DNA of 64,000 bases. It comes from Pristiophorus japonicus (Eukaryota). The stretch is taken from NCBI RefSeq assembly GCF_044704955.1, contig NC_091997.1, forward strand, positions 42,284,001 to 42,348,000, in the 5' to 3' direction. Shown here one piece after another: positions 1 through 12,734 of the stretch (positions are counted from its first letter, which is position 1; each line of letters starts with the position of its first letter). Both the position numbers and the translations under genes were made by a program. The notes beneath the pieces are model-generated. The model did not search any database, was not told where the DNA came from, and saw nothing but the letters and a program-made list of their open reading frames with translations.

Positions 1-1176
1 AGAATCCCACCACGATCAGCCCCAACACCAACATCACTAAACACACCAGCATCACCAACAACACTAACCTTTTCTGCAATCACCTGATGCTGAACAGGAC
101 ACAGGGCATCAGCACCCAACCACATTGCTGCCGGGATGCCAGGGATGGCCAGATTTTCTTCACTTGATGCTGTACACCATGGCTGCCACATGATGCATCA
201 GTTTGGCACCACCCCACACCAGCACCATAAAACATCTCTGCAATGCCTAAGCCATTATTTTTGCACTCATCGCCATTGTGGGGGGTATCCTTATGTCTCA
301 CCATTCACTACACTTCACTAAGCTAGTTACAAAGGTGCAAATAGATCTGTCCAAAAATGCAAATGTTGAAAATAAAGATTTCAATGTTTGACAACACATT
401 AGCAGAATCTCTACATTGGCTAAAAGACCCAAGTGCCTACCGTTGTGTGTTGTTAGTTGGTATGATTGAACAAGGCTGAGGGTAAGTGTAAGGTGTGGCT
501 AGTGAGTATGGGATGTGATAATGTAGATAGAGAGTGATGAGTGCAAGCTAAGTTGTTGTGAGTAAAGATGTGCAGGAGCAGAGTAGGGAAGGCAGAGTGA
601 TGGGGATGTAATGAGAGGCACAGTAGGATGAGGTTAATTGTGGCTTTTCAGTAACATATCGTGATCTACTGAGATCATTGAAAGGTTTGCGTCACTGCAG
701 GCTGGTCCTCATGATGACATCCCTGTTTGTGCCCTTATGTACAATGTGCAACCAGGCTGTGTGGTGTCCTACGGAGGTCTCTTCCGTCCATTGGAAGGAA
801 AGAGTACCTCAGTGCGTGCTGTGACTCCCTCCATGAGCATATGCAGGGAGTCCTAGGAGAGCCTGGGTGCAGTCGTGCATCTTTGTGTAGTGCGTGTCAT
901 TATTTGCAGAACCACAATGCTGCAGAACACTGACACGACAACTGTCAAAATGAATCTGGTCATGGTCTCTTTAAGGAAACTAGCTGATGGCATTTCATCA
1001 AATGACGTTATCAGACCCGGTTCCTTTTAATTGGCTGTGTACCTCGTAGGGCGGGCTTAACAATTGTAATCTCGGGAAGATTCTTTTCACGGTGCGGACT
1101 GGAGCCAGGAGCGGAGTCGCAACAGGCCACCGACCCCGGTCATCCCGGACCCGCCATGGTTGGCGAAATCGCGGCC
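1..1176 (-). mobile_element. PIF/Harbinger-like DNA transposon fragment with a Myb/SANT-like remnant, inserted in intron 3 of IFN copy 1
   Basis: The minus strand at about 670-850 reads in broken frames LHMLMEGVTARTEVLFP...RTSLQ*RKPFNDL, resembling the Harbinger Myb-like protein (RxWxQCRKRFNDL). The element ends in GAAATCGCGGCC, right next to IFN intron-3-homologous sequence. Left end is outside the window. Confidence 0.5.
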
Positions 1177-1307
1177 TTAGTGTCTACATGTAGTATCTGG
1201 AGTCATTCTTGCCTTCAGGTATCTGCAGGTTCGGGACTTTGGTACACTGAGTTTATTAACATGGTACTTCACTTGGGATAACACAAGCAAATAGGAACTC
1301 CCTATAC

Positions 1308-2339
1308 ATGCAGTTCTAAAAATTCCCTCAACTTCCTGAAGTATTCCTGAATTTCCTAATTTTCAGAGTCTAACAGAGTCCCAGGGCACGGCACTGACTG
1401 AAAGTCTTGTTGATTTGATCCAATGTTTAACGGATAACCAGGATTTGTCTTTGACCTGTAAAATACACACAGTTACTTCCCGGGGAAACTTGGCACTATT
1501 CAGAAGGTTAAATATCTTCGACCTCAATATTATTTATACTTTTAAAAGGCAACAAGCAAGGCACAGCTAGAACAGAAAGAAAAAAAGGCTTACATTTATA
1601 TAGCGCCTTTTATGGCGACCGGCCATCGCTTTACAGTCAATGAAGTGCTTTTTGAAGTGTAGTCACTGTTGTATTGTAGGAAACGCAGCAGCCAATTTGT
1701 GCACAGTAAGCTCCCACAAACAGCAATGTGATAATGACCAAATAATCTGTTTTAATGAGGTTGATTGAGGAATAAATATTGGCTAGGACAATGTCCCGAC
1801 TCTTCTTTGAAATAGTGCCATATGTTCTTTACTTCCACCTGAGAGGGCAGATAGGGGCTCGCTTTAATGTCTTATCTGAAAGACGGCACTCCCTCAGTAC
1901 TGCACTGGAGGGTCATCCAAAATTTATGTGTTCATGTATCTGGAGTGGAACTTGAACCCACAACTTTCTGACAGAATGAGGGTGCCACCAATTGAGCCAA
2001 ACAGACACACATTTTGACCAGGATACCCACATTCAAGTTGTTTAAAAGTGTAATCGGGTTGAGGGATTGGGTGTGCAGTGTTCCTTTCCTTGTCACACAG
2101 AGCAGGGGCAGTGTACCTCCCTAGAACACAGAAAAACTGCGGTTAATACAATTTTCCACATACACAAATCCTGGAGATGGGAGAGATCAAGATCAGTTCA
2201 AACTCACCATTTCATTCAGTTTGCTCAGAGTGTGTGTGTTGAGAACCTGCTGTAACTGCAGCCTCTCACAGCCCAGACTCAGAGTCTCGGGCAACAAGAC
2301 CAACACAATCCAACATCTCCAAATACAAGAGCAAGCCAT
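1308..2339 (-). pseudogene. IFN1: Type I interferon pseudogene (copy 1, divergent paralog)
   Basis: Exon 1 (2208-2339, MACSCIWRCWIVLVLLPETLSLGCERLQLQQVLNTHTLSKLNEM) and exon 2 (2031-2120, GGTLPLLCVTRKGTLHTQSLNPITLLNNLN) are intact with GT/AG sites. Exon 3 (1308-1455) is 148 nt instead of 231, with a 1-nt deletion, a CAA>TAA in the ancestral frame, and deletions that remove the third Cys. Exon 4 is not in the window. Confidence 0.85.
1575..2005 (-). mobile_element. Deu-domain SINE (SacSINE1/AmnSINE1-like) in intron 2 of IFN copy 1
   Basis: The reverse complement contains TGCCGTCTTTCAGATAAGACATTAAAGCGAG...ATGGCACTATTTCAAAGAAGAG, resembling the Deu core, plus a B-box-like GGGTTCAAGTTCC. It is absent from the other IFN copies. 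Confidence 0.65.
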
Positions 2340-2439
2340 GTTCAACCAAGTCAAGGTAAAGCAGAGTGATAAAACTAGTGATTAACATCAACAGAAATAC
2401 ACTTTAATGTTGTGGTTCGTGAACAAAAATAAGCAAAAG

Positions 2440-2460
2440 ATGGTTATATAAATGGAAAAA
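2440..2460 (-). promoter_or_regulatory. Candidate TATA box of IFN copy 1
   Basis: The minus strand reads CATTTATATAACC about 105 nt upstream of the ATG at 2339. Confidence 0.4.
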
Positions 2461-2619
2461 TGCTTTTACTAGCTTTTAATATCTACTTATGGTAGGAAAA
2501 TTGAATGCAGTCTCCATTTATTCAAGTAAACCACTGCAATACAAGGAGACTATTTAGAGCCAGTATCAACATTATTGGGGATCTTCATAAGGAGACTTAT
2601 TATATAGAATTGTATAGCA

Positions 2620-2820
2620 CAGAAACAGGCTCATGCACTTATTTAGCTTCCCCTTAAATGCATCTATGCTATACACAACAACAACCCCATGTGGCAGCAA
2701 GTTCCACATACTCACTACTCTCTGAGTAAGGATGTTTACCCTGAATGCTTTATTTAATTTATCAGTGACTATCTTATATTTATGGCCCATTGTTCTGACT
2801 TCCCCAAAAGTGGAAACATC
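2620..2820 (-). mobile_element. CR1 LINE 3' fragment
   Basis: Translation ...TQRVVSMWNLLP...IDAFKGKL is typical of the CR1 ORF2 C-terminus. Confidence 0.6.
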
Positions 2821-4039
2821 TTAGTGCTTGCTGATATCATGCTGGGCCAACTTTATACAATTTGCTTAATTAGTTATACATGACATGCTCCCAGTCCATA
2901 TAGGTCCATTCACTGTGAGGCTTCAATTATTTAAAATGTTTTTTTGGGGGGCCTTCCCAAAGGCTTCAAGGGGCAAAAGGAGTGATTGGCAAAACGTAAA
3001 AGAAAGCAAAATATATTTGAGGGCAGAAAACTGAGGCTGTGACAAAGTAATGAGAAAGTGCAGCCTCTGAACCATCTTTTTATCTCAGTAATCCTCTACC
3101 ATATATCTGATTTTAATATTCATTCTTCAATCCAGATACTGTGCCCAGGAAACTATTCAAGCTTATAACCAATGGTAACATGTTTAGTTTAATTTTTCAG
3201 TTATTCTGGGGATTTCTGAGCGGGATCCCCCCAGAAGTGCACCTTTTCGTTCTGAAATCTAGGTTTGAATCTACCCTACCCCAGATTTAAACTGGAGCCA
3301 TTGTCTCCTTTCAGTGGCCTTATGTTCTTATTAGTGGTCCTAGTGTGCTGGATTGAGAGTGCAAAAATTGTTGAAGAAGAGTGAAAGTACTTTTGCAAAG
3401 TACCATCCTTGTGGGCCTAAACAAGATGGGGAAAAAATTACAAAACGACAGAATAGAAAAATATCCTGACTTTAATTTGGCAAACTTCAGCTTCATCCTA
3501 TGGGTGCAACACTGATTCATGCTAACTGGCTCACTTTGCTGATTCATTCAACAGTAAATCACTGACCATGTGCAACTGTTTGTGGTCATTCTGAAAGTTT
3601 CCTGGCAGGGTACACACCTTGGACACCCTGCTCAGAGTTGTGTCGGAGCATCCTGTTGTATTGTTCTCTTCCAGGTTCCCTCCCTCCCTACAGGGAAATG
3701 CCTGGCCTCCAATTGACGCTTCTCCACAGCAATCCTGCAAGAATAGGGAAGTAACCAGTAAGGGTGATTGTGTCCTACCATTTCATGTTGCTCTGCATTA
3801 GTGCCACAATGACACAATTAATTCCGAGCGTCTTCAACAACTTTGTCCTCATAGCTTGAGACATCAGCAATTTATCACAGAACATTCATTTTATTTTTAA
3901 TAATAGTTCCTGAAAACAGGAAATAATTATACTACAAAATGAGAGAAATTAACACCTGATACAATTCCGTATAAAATGAATATATGTGTAGGTTAACTCT
4001 TCCATGTGTATATGTCAAAATGATTAGCCTTTCTTTTAC

Positions 4040-4610
4040 AGTCGGGATAAATGGGTCATTTTCGGGTTGGCAAATGGTAACTAGTGGGCTCCCACAGGGA
4101 TCAGTGCTGGTGCCCTAAATATTTACAATCCATATTAATGACTTCGAAGAAGAGACCGATTGTAAAATAGCCAAAATTGCTGATGATACAAAGATAGGTG
4201 TGAAAGCAAGTTGTGAGGAGGACACAAAGATCTGCAAAGGGATATAGATATGCTAAGCAGTGGGCAAAAATTTGGCAGATGGAATATTATGTGGGAAAAT
4301 GTGAGGTCATCGACTTTGATAAGAAAACTAAAAAAGCAAGTTATTATTTAAATGGGGAGAGATTACAAATTGTTCCGGTACTGAGGGATCTGGGAGTCCT
4401 TGTACATGAAACTCAAAAAGTTAGCATGCAGGTACAGCAGGTTAGTAGGAAAGCAATGAAATGTTGGCCTTTATTGCAAGGAGGGATAGAGTTTAAAAGT
4501 AAGGAAGTCCTGCTACAGGGCATTGGTGAGACCACAACTGGAATACTGCATATAGCATTGGTCCCCTTATTTAAGGAAGGATATACTTGCATTGGAGGCA
4601 GTTCAGAAAT
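4040..4610 (+). mobile_element. CR1 LINE reverse transcriptase fragment
   Basis: Degenerate VTSG.PQGSVL.P, ADDTK, KWQMEY..KCEVI and RDLGVLVH motifs with frameshifts. Confidence 0.8.
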
Positions 4611-4751
4611 AAGAAGTGCTGGAAATGCACAGCACATCAATCAGCATCAGAAAGAGAAATGTGGCTTATAGTTTTGGGAATACCCTTTAATACCCTTCTA
4701 TATACCCTTCTATATAAAACCAATAATGTTGAAGGGTTATCCCAAAACAAT

Positions 4752-5504
4752 GGGCTAAAATTCCGGTCGGAGGCCTCCTTCGTACGAACGCCTCCTACCC
4801 GAAAAAAAATCTACGAATCTATCTTTTGGTCCCGGAGAAATGTACGATTCCGGTTGGATGCCTAGATTCGCTGCGCAGCACATGGGAAGATGTCTTCGAG
4901 GTATGTCAGTCTAAGCTCGAGTCATGTGGGCCTGAACAACCAATTACGATGCAGTATTCTCACTGATAATAATGGGAACTCCGTTTTGCTGAGTTCCCAT
5001 TGCTGTCAATGAGAAAATCCCCTAAAACACCCAAACACAACTTAATAAAGGAATAAAACACCTCACATACTTAAAATTAATTGAAATTAAAGTTATTTAA
5101 ATGTTTCAGAGAAAATTTTAAAATTGAATGCTTTTAGTATTTTAATATGGCTTAAATAAACTTACCTTAATGGACAAGGTTTTTAACGTAAATATGCATT
5201 TTTAAATATAATTTTTTATATATTTTAAATCACTTACACAGGTAAAACTAGGCAATCCAACTGCTTTCAAGAGGCATAAGAGTTTGAAGGACATTCGTTG
5301 GGCATGAGTTGGGCAAATAGCCCAATCTGGGCCGTGCGAATGTTCTTCTCCCGGGGACGCAGATGATCTGTTAAGATGAATCTTGACAGATTGGAAATGC
5401 TGGTTTTCGGTGCATGCACAACGCATCCCAAAAAACGCCTTTTGCAAGGCCTCGCCAGGTCCGTCCGCAATTCATACGAACCCAGCAAGGCCGAATTTCA
5501 GCCC
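4752..5504. mobile_element. Non-autonomous DNA transposon (MITE) with GGGCT(A/G)AAATTC terminal inverted repeats
   Basis: 5' end GGGCTAAAATTCCGG and 3' end CCGAATTTCAGCCC, flanked by CAAT on both sides, with an AT-rich centre. The same family recurs in the tandem units. Confidence 0.75.
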
Positions 5505-5589
5505 CAATAAGTCACATTTGTGTGTTTTTCATTCTTATCTCACAGAAGCCATTTGATATAAATATATAGATTTTAGAAAGATCCCATGG

Positions 5590-7030
5590 AATCTGATTCC
5601 TTCACCCATTAAGCTAGTGCATTCTAGATCTTAGCAAACCGCTGTATGAAAAAAAAATCTCCTCTAGTTCTTTTGCCAATTATTTTAAATCTATGACCTC
5701 TGGTTACCTACCCTCTTGTCAGAGGGAACAGTTTCTCCATACTTGCTCCATCAAAACTCAGAATTTTGATCATCTCTATTAGGTCTTTTCTTAAGGATAA
5801 CAATCCCAGCTTCTCCAATTTCTCTACATAACTGTAATCTCCCATCCCTAGTATCATCCTGGGGAACATCCTCTGTAACATCTCCAAGGCCTTGGCATCC
5901 TTCCCAAAGTGTGGTGCCCAGAATTGTACACATTACTCCAGCTGAGGCCTAACCAGTGATTTGTAAAAGTTTAGCATGAATTCCTTGCTTTGGATTCAAG
6001 TTACAAAACTAAATATCCAAAATGCTTACTTAGCCGCCTCATCAACTTGCCCTGCCACCTTTAAATATTTGTGAATGTGCATCCCCAGGTCCCTCTGCTT
6101 CTTCACCTCCACAAAATAGTATAATTTAGATTATACTGTCTCTCCATGTTGTTCCTCCCAAAGTGCATCACTTTACAATTATCCACATTAAATTACATCT
6201 GCCGTGTGTCTGCCCATTTAATCAGTCTGCCTCTGTCCTCCTGAATCTGCTCCTATCCTACTCACTATTTACTACATTGCCAAGTTTTGTATCATCCGCA
6301 AACTTCAAAATTGTACTCCCTGTACAAGAAAAGCAATTGTCCTAATACTGACCACTGGGTGACCCCACTGCATACTTCCCTTCACTCAGAAGAATAATCC
6401 ATTCACCATTACTCTCTGCTTACTCTCACTCAACCAACGACGTACCCAGTTGCCACCACCCCTTTCATGTGCATCTATTTTGTGAATAATTCTGTTATGT
6501 GGCACTTGATCAAATGCCTTTTGAAAGTCCATGGGGCTAGAGATTTGTCTTGTGCTCTAACGGATTGGCTGCCCGTTATATGCAGCACCTGATATTGAGC
6601 TCCACTGACTGGATCCAGCACTGCTTTCTTCCTTGTTGGGCCAGAAACATACTGATTAAGAAGGTTTATTCTGCCACCACCGCCACCCCCCCCCCCCCCC
6701 ACCACCACCAGTCAATATTGGGTTAATTGAAGTCCCCTACTATTACTGCTCTATTATTTTTACATTTCTCTGAAATTTGGCTACAGATTTTCTCCTCTAT
6801 CTCATTCTCACGATTTGTGAGTCTACAAGAAACACCCAGCAAAGTAACAGCTCCTTTTCTGTTCTTTAACTCTAACTAAATAGATTCAATCTTTGAAACC
6901 TTTAGTATATTGTCCCTCTGTAGAGCTGTAATATTATCCTTGATCAATACTGCCAAAACACCTCCTGTCCTTTTTGTCTTCCTTATCCCTCCAGAATACA
7001 TTGTAGGCAGGAATTTTTACTTCCCATTTC
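5590..7030 (-). mobile_element. Degenerate CR1 LINE (RT and endonuclease fragments)
   Basis: Reverse complement gives KFADDTKLG, GVQWGHP (a decayed GVPQG), MDFQKAFD and VGDFN.P.ID-like motifs. Confidence 0.7.
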
Positions 7031-7789
7031 TGCTCTGCCACTTTGTACACCATGGTAGCTCTCTGTAGGGTTAGATTTTCTACCCATTGACTATAAATAT
7101 GCAGAAAATCTCACCATATCTTTTTAATCTCATTTCGTTATACTTTCTCTATAAGGGTGATTTAATGATATGGCACTCTGTGCAAGCACTGATTTCCATT
7201 TGGGAGCACCAAATTGCATAATCACCTCTCCTATCCCTTAATAACCTCACTCCCTTAGTCTCCCTTCTAAACACTTGACTTGATTTATGTATCTGTGGTC
7301 TTCTGGGGCAGTGCGTTTTCATAACCTTTTGTGTGGAGACATTTTTCCTGGATTTACTTTGAACTGGCTTATTTCTAATTAAGTCCTTTTGTTCCAGATT
7401 CCCTGATAGAGGGAAAATTCATGTTTCATCTAGCCAGCCAGTTTTCTTCATTACGTTAAACACCTGAATCAAGGCATCTCGTCTCATAACCCAAGTTTAC
7501 AGTCTTTCATCAGAATGAAGTACCTTCATTCTATGTATCATTATTATCAGTTAGCACAGAGTTCCTTCCAAGGCCAGTATATTAATGCTAATTGCCCAAA
7601 ATTAGTGTGCTATTGCGTGTGCTTTTCCATGCCCTTATTTCTAATGGCCATGGTCGTATTGGTCTGTCATAGAATGTGTTTGTGGTAGTGAGTGAATTTT
7701 TATCACCTGTATTAGAAAAGTTAAGAATGAGTAAAGGCCATTTATATTTCCAAGGCCAATCTAGCATCCAACTGTGTAGTCCTTACTAC

Positions 7790-7936
7790 TAGGGGGATCA
7801 AGGGGTATGGTGTGTAAGCGGAATGGGGTACTGAAGTTGCATGTTCAGCCATGAACTCATTGAATGGCGGTGCAGGCTCGAAGGGCCAAATGGCCTACTC
7901 CTGCATCTATTTTCTATGTTTCTATGTTTCTATGTT
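7790..7936 (+). mobile_element. CR1 3' tail with (CTATGTTT)n microsatellite end
   Basis: GGGATCAAGGGGTATGG...GGCTCGAAGGGCCAAATGGCCTACTCCTGC followed by TTTCTATG repeats. Confidence 0.7.
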
Positions 7937-8724
7937 TAAGCCAGGTGTTTGTTATAGCCATTATATCATAACACCCATATGGCAACTTTCGCCTGTAGCT
8001 CATCAACCGTATTTGTAACACACCTCGCATTAACACATATGCATTCCAACACTATGTTAGTTGGCTTTGCTTTTTTCCTCTACTTAATTCCTGTTCTTTC
8101 TACATTATTCTTTGTTCTGTTGCTGTTCCTACCACTTTGCAATCATTTTGAAGGAAAGTTAGAGAAATAAGCTCATATATGTTTACCTATACTATTTTAA
8201 ACTTTATATATGCATATATACTTATGGAATAATATAACATAGGTATATTTTTCTGTGATATGACTACACCTGACTTATTGCAAAGGTTGAAGAAGCAAGA
8301 TAGAACTGGCATTTAGAGAGTATCTTACACAATATCAGAACATCCAAATGTGATTTGCAGCAAATTAAGTACTTTTAAAGTGTATGGAAAGATGCAGCCA
8401 TATTGCACACAGCAATAAGCTAAGTGACCAGATAATTAATTGGTTGGGACTTAAATATTGGCCAGAGCACAAGGAGAACTCACCTGCTGTTCTTCAGAAA
8501 GTGCCATGGGATCACCCAAAGTCAGAATACAGAGAGCAACCTGAGTAGTTTCTGATGTAAAACAATTCTGTATTTTAGGATCTGAAACCATATAAAATAT
8601 AAATTTATTAATTCCTGGACTTGAGGAAGAGCCGATGTGACATTTAGAGAACTATCTCCCTGTATTTAATATTGAAGACTATTTCTTGTATCCTCGTTGA
8701 TGAGAGGCAATCCCACCTTTTAAT

Positions 8725-8900
8725 TAAGCAGAAAGTGAAAGGTTTCAAATGAAGAAGTCACTTTGGAAAGAGTGAAATGTTTCCCTGAAAACCAACTGCG
8801 GTTAGAACCAAAATCGATCCATTCTTTGTAACGTCAAAGGAATATCCTGGTGTGCACCTTAAAATGGGCACACCGTGCCCAGAAGGAATATTCATTTCAA
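8725..8900 (+). promoter_or_regulatory. IFN-beta-enhanceosome-like motif cluster upstream of an orphan IFN exon 1
   Basis: GAAAGTGAAAG (8731-8741, IRF-E/PRDI-like), GAAAGAGTGAAA (8766-8777), TAACGTCA (8829-8836, ATF/CRE-like) and GGAATATCC (8839-8847, kB-like), all 150-270 nt upstream of the exon remnant. Confidence 0.55.
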
Positions 8901-8998
8901 TCCAACAGTGAAGCAGAGCAGCTCGTGCAGATATTGTTGTCGGAGCTGAACTCCGATACAGCCGTTTCTAAAATTCCAGGTCGTTGCTTTTCCCGCTG

Positions 8999-9133
8999 TT
9001 GGCGACCAGGGTTGGTGTCTAGAGACTCTGGATTTTGTTAGTCTTGTTGCCTGGGACCCTGAGCCAGGACTGCCAGTGGCTGCGGTTACTTGAAGAGATT
9101 AATAATGAGGCTCTCCACGCCCTGCGTGAAATG
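8999..9133 (+). pseudogene. Orphan type I IFN exon 1 remnant (plus strand)
   Basis: In frame: (TTG)ATRVGV*RLWILLVLLPGTLSQDCQWLRLLEEINNEALHALREM|gcgagt. It is colinear with exon 1 of the minus-strand genes, with a TGG>TAG stop, no ATG and a GT>GC donor. Confidence 0.8.
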
Positions 9134-9227
9134 GCGAGTTTATTTGAGACCCGGGGATTAGAGTGACCAATCTTAACCATTAGTTTCTTGGGATAATCTC
9201 CTGTCGGGGAACGGTTGAGATTGAATC

Positions 9228-11938
9228 ACAAGCAAAATACTGCGGGATCTGAAATAAAAACAGAAAATGCTGGAGATCTTAACGGATCAGGCAGCATCAG
9301 TGAGAGGAAGCAGAGTTAACATTTTGGGTCGATGACCCTTCATCAGAACTGACGAGTGTTTGAAAAGAACAGATTCTTCAGAAGTACTGACAGGAGGAGG
9401 GGAAGAAAGAACAAAGAGGAAGGTCTGTGATAGGGTGGAAGGCAGGAGAAATTGGAGAGACAAAAGTGATGATGGGCTGAATTGAAATGGTAATGTCAGG
9501 AGTTAGAAAAGGATTGGTCAAGATGGGGTGTGAATGGTGGGATATTAACCAGCTACCATTGGATACAAGGGGAAAAAAGCACATAGTCTAGGGTGGGGGG
9601 ACGCGGAGCCAACGATGGGCAGCGGTTATGGTCTGAAATTGTTGAACTCGATGTTGAGTCTGGAAGGCTGTAAAGTGTCTAAACGAAAGAGGTGCTGTTC
9701 ATCCAGCTTGCGTTGAGCTTGGTTGGAACAGTGTCGGAGACCGAGGATGGAGAGGGAAGACTGGGAATGGAGTGGAGAATTAAAGTGACAGGCGACCAGA
9801 AGCTCAGGGTCACACTTGCGGACTGAATGGAGGTGCTCCGCAAAGTGGTCACCCAATCTATGCTTGGTCTCCCCAATATAGAGGAGACAACATTGTGATC
9901 AGCGAATACAGTATTCTAAATTGAAAGAAGTACAAGTAAATTACTGTTTCACCTGGAAGGAGTATTTGGGGCCCTAGATAGTGAGAAGGGAGGAGGTAAA
10001 GGGGCAGGTGTTGCATCTCCTGTGCTTGCATGGTTGGGTGCTGTGGGAAGGGGATGGAGGTGACTGCGGAATGGACCAGGATGTCGCAGAGGGAGTGATC
10101 CCTTCAGAATGCTGAGGGGGGAGGAGAGGGGAGATGTGATTGGTGGTGGCAGAAATGGCGGATGATGATCCATTAAACGTGAAGGCTGGTGAGGTGAAAG
10201 GTGAGGACAAGGGGAACCCTGTTGTGGTTCTGAGAGGGAGGGGAAGGGGTGAGAGCAGAGGTGCAGGAAATAGAATAGACATGCTCGAGGGCCATGTTAA
10301 CCATGGCAGAGGTGACTCCTCTGTTGAGGAAAAAGGAAGACATGCAGAGGCACTAGTGTGAAAGGTGGCGTCATCAGAGCAGATGCAACGATGATGGAGA
10401 AACTGCGAGAATGGCATGGAGTCCTTACGGAATGCAAGGTGTAAGGAAGTGTAGTCCAGGTAGCTGTGGGAGTCAGGGGGCTTATAGTGGATACTGGTCG
10501 AAAGCCTATCCCCAGGGATGGAGACAGAGAAGTCGAGGAAGGGAACGGAAGGGAAGAGTCGGAGATAGACTCTGTAAAGGTGAATGAAGGGTGGAAATTG
10601 GATGCAAAGTGAATTAAATTTTCAAGTTCAGGGCAAGAGCAAGAAATGGCACTGATACTGTCATCAATGTACCAGAAAAAGAGGTGAGGGAGGGGACCCG
10701 AGTAGGATTGGAACAAAGAATGTTCCACATATCCCACGAAAAGGTAGGTGGAGCAAGGACCCATGCGGGTTCCCATATTAACACCTTTAATTTGGAGGAA
10801 GTGAGTGGAGTTAAAGGAGAAGCTGTTCAATGTGAGAACAGGTTCAGCCAGAGGAAGGAGGGTGGTGGTGGATGGGGACTGGTTGGGGGTCTGCTCGAGG
10901 AAGAAGCGGAGCGCCCTCAGACCATCCTGTTGGGAATGGAAGTGTAGAGGGATTGGAGGTCCATGGTGAAAAGGAGACCATTGGGGCCGGAAAACTGGAA
11001 ACTGTTAAAGTGACGGAGAACATTGGAGGAGTCGTGAATGTAGGTGGAAAGAGAGTGGACAAGGGGAAAAAAATATATAGTCAAGATATGAAGAAATAAG
11101 TTATGTGGGGCAAGAAAAGGCTGAAACAATGGGTCTACCGGGGCAGTCCTGTTTTTGGATCTTGGGAAGGAGGTAGAAGCGGGCTGTGGGGGGTTGGGAA
11201 CTATGAGGTTGGTGACTGTGGAGGGAAGATCTCCAGAGGAGATGAGGTCAGTGACGGTCTGGGAAATGATGGCTTGATGTTCAGTGTTGGGGTCATGGTC
11301 CAGGGCGAGGTAGGAGGAGGTGTCAGAGAGTTGGCGATCAGCCTCTGTAAGGTAGCGATTGGTTCCCCAAACAACAACAGTGCCACCCTTGTAGCAGGTT
11401 TAATGACAAAGTTGGAATTGGATCTGAGTGACTGGAGTACTGCAAGTTCAGAGGGAGGTAGGTTGGAACGAGTGAGGGGAGCAGAGAAATTGAGATGGCC
11501 AATGCCCTTTGCAATGAAGAGGTCTAGAGAGGGTAAGAGGCCAAAGGAGGGGTCCAGGTAGAGCGAGAATTCTGAAAATGGGAGAAAGGGTCAGCTGTGC
11601 AGGGAATAGAATCCTGGCTGAAGAAGTGGGCACAGAGGCAAAGGTGGTAAAAAAAACTCTTGGCATTACCATTTGAATTTGGGCTATCATCCCTTTTGTC
11701 TCTCCAATCTCTCCTGTCTTCCATCCCATCACAGACCTTCCCTGTTGTTCTTTCTTCCCCTCCCCCTTTCAGTGCTTGTTAAGAATCTGTTCTTTCCGAA
11801 CACACTCCAGTTCTGACGAAGGGTCACCAACCTAAAACATTAATTCTGCTTTCTCTCCACAGATGCTGCCTGACCTGGTGAGATTTCCAGCATTTTCTGT
11901 TTTTATTTCAGATTCCAGTATCTGCATATTTTGTTTTT
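9228..11938 (-). mobile_element. Penelope-like retroelement (RT plus GIY-YIG endonuclease, frameshifted) with inverted pseudo-LTRs
   Basis: Minus-strand fragments LFTMDLQSLYTSIP, FLQIKGVNMGTRMGP, WYIDD and GDHFAEHLHSVRK..VACHFNS..RLNIEFNNF. About 9230-9500 is an inverted copy of about 11660-11938. Confidence 0.85.
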
Positions 11939-11939
11939 A

Positions 11940-12732
11940 TAGTAGTGGTGAATGTTTTTCAGACAGGAGGAAGGTATACAGTGGTGTTCCCCAAAGGTCG
12001 GCTCTGGGAACACTGAATTTTTTGATATATATTAATGATTTGGATGTAGGTGTAGAGGGCACAATTTCAAAATTTGCAGATGACACAAAACTTGGAAGTA
12101 TAGTGAACAGTGAGGAGGATGCTGATAGACTTGAAGAGGACATAAGTGGTGGAATGGGTGGACATGTGGCAGATGAAATATGCATGATAGAAAAGAGCGA
12201 AGTAATACATTGTGGTAGGAAGAGTGAGGAGAGGAAATATAAACTAAATGGTACAATCCTCAAGTGGATGAATGAACAGAGAGACCTAGGGGTATATGTG
12301 CATAAATCGTTGAAGATGGCAGGGCAGGTTGAGAAATCAGTTAAACAAGTTTATGCAATCATGGGATTCATGAATATAGGCATAGAGTATAAAAGTGTGC
12401 AAATCATGATGAAACTGTATAAAGCACTGGTTCGGCCTCAACTGGAGTGTTGTGCCCAAATCTGAGCACTGCACTTTAGGATGGATGTGAGGGGAGATTT
12501 CTTCGCCCAGAGGGTGGTGGGGATCTGGAACTGCCTGAAAGGGTGGTAGAGGCAGAAACCCTCACTACATATAAAAAGTAATTGGAATGTGCACTTGAAG
12601 TGCCATAACCTACAGGGCTATGGACCAAGAGCTGGAAAGTGGGATTAGGCTGGATAGCTCTTTGTTGATTGTGCAGACACGATGGGCTGAAATGGGCTCC
12701 TACCATGTGATAAATTTCTATGATTCTATGAT
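11940..12732 (+). mobile_element. CR1 LINE 3' part
   Basis: VYSGVPQRSALG, ISKFADDTKLG, QRDLGVYVH and LYKALVRPQLE motifs, ending in a TTCTATGA tail. Confidence 0.85.
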
Positions 12733-12734
12733 CC

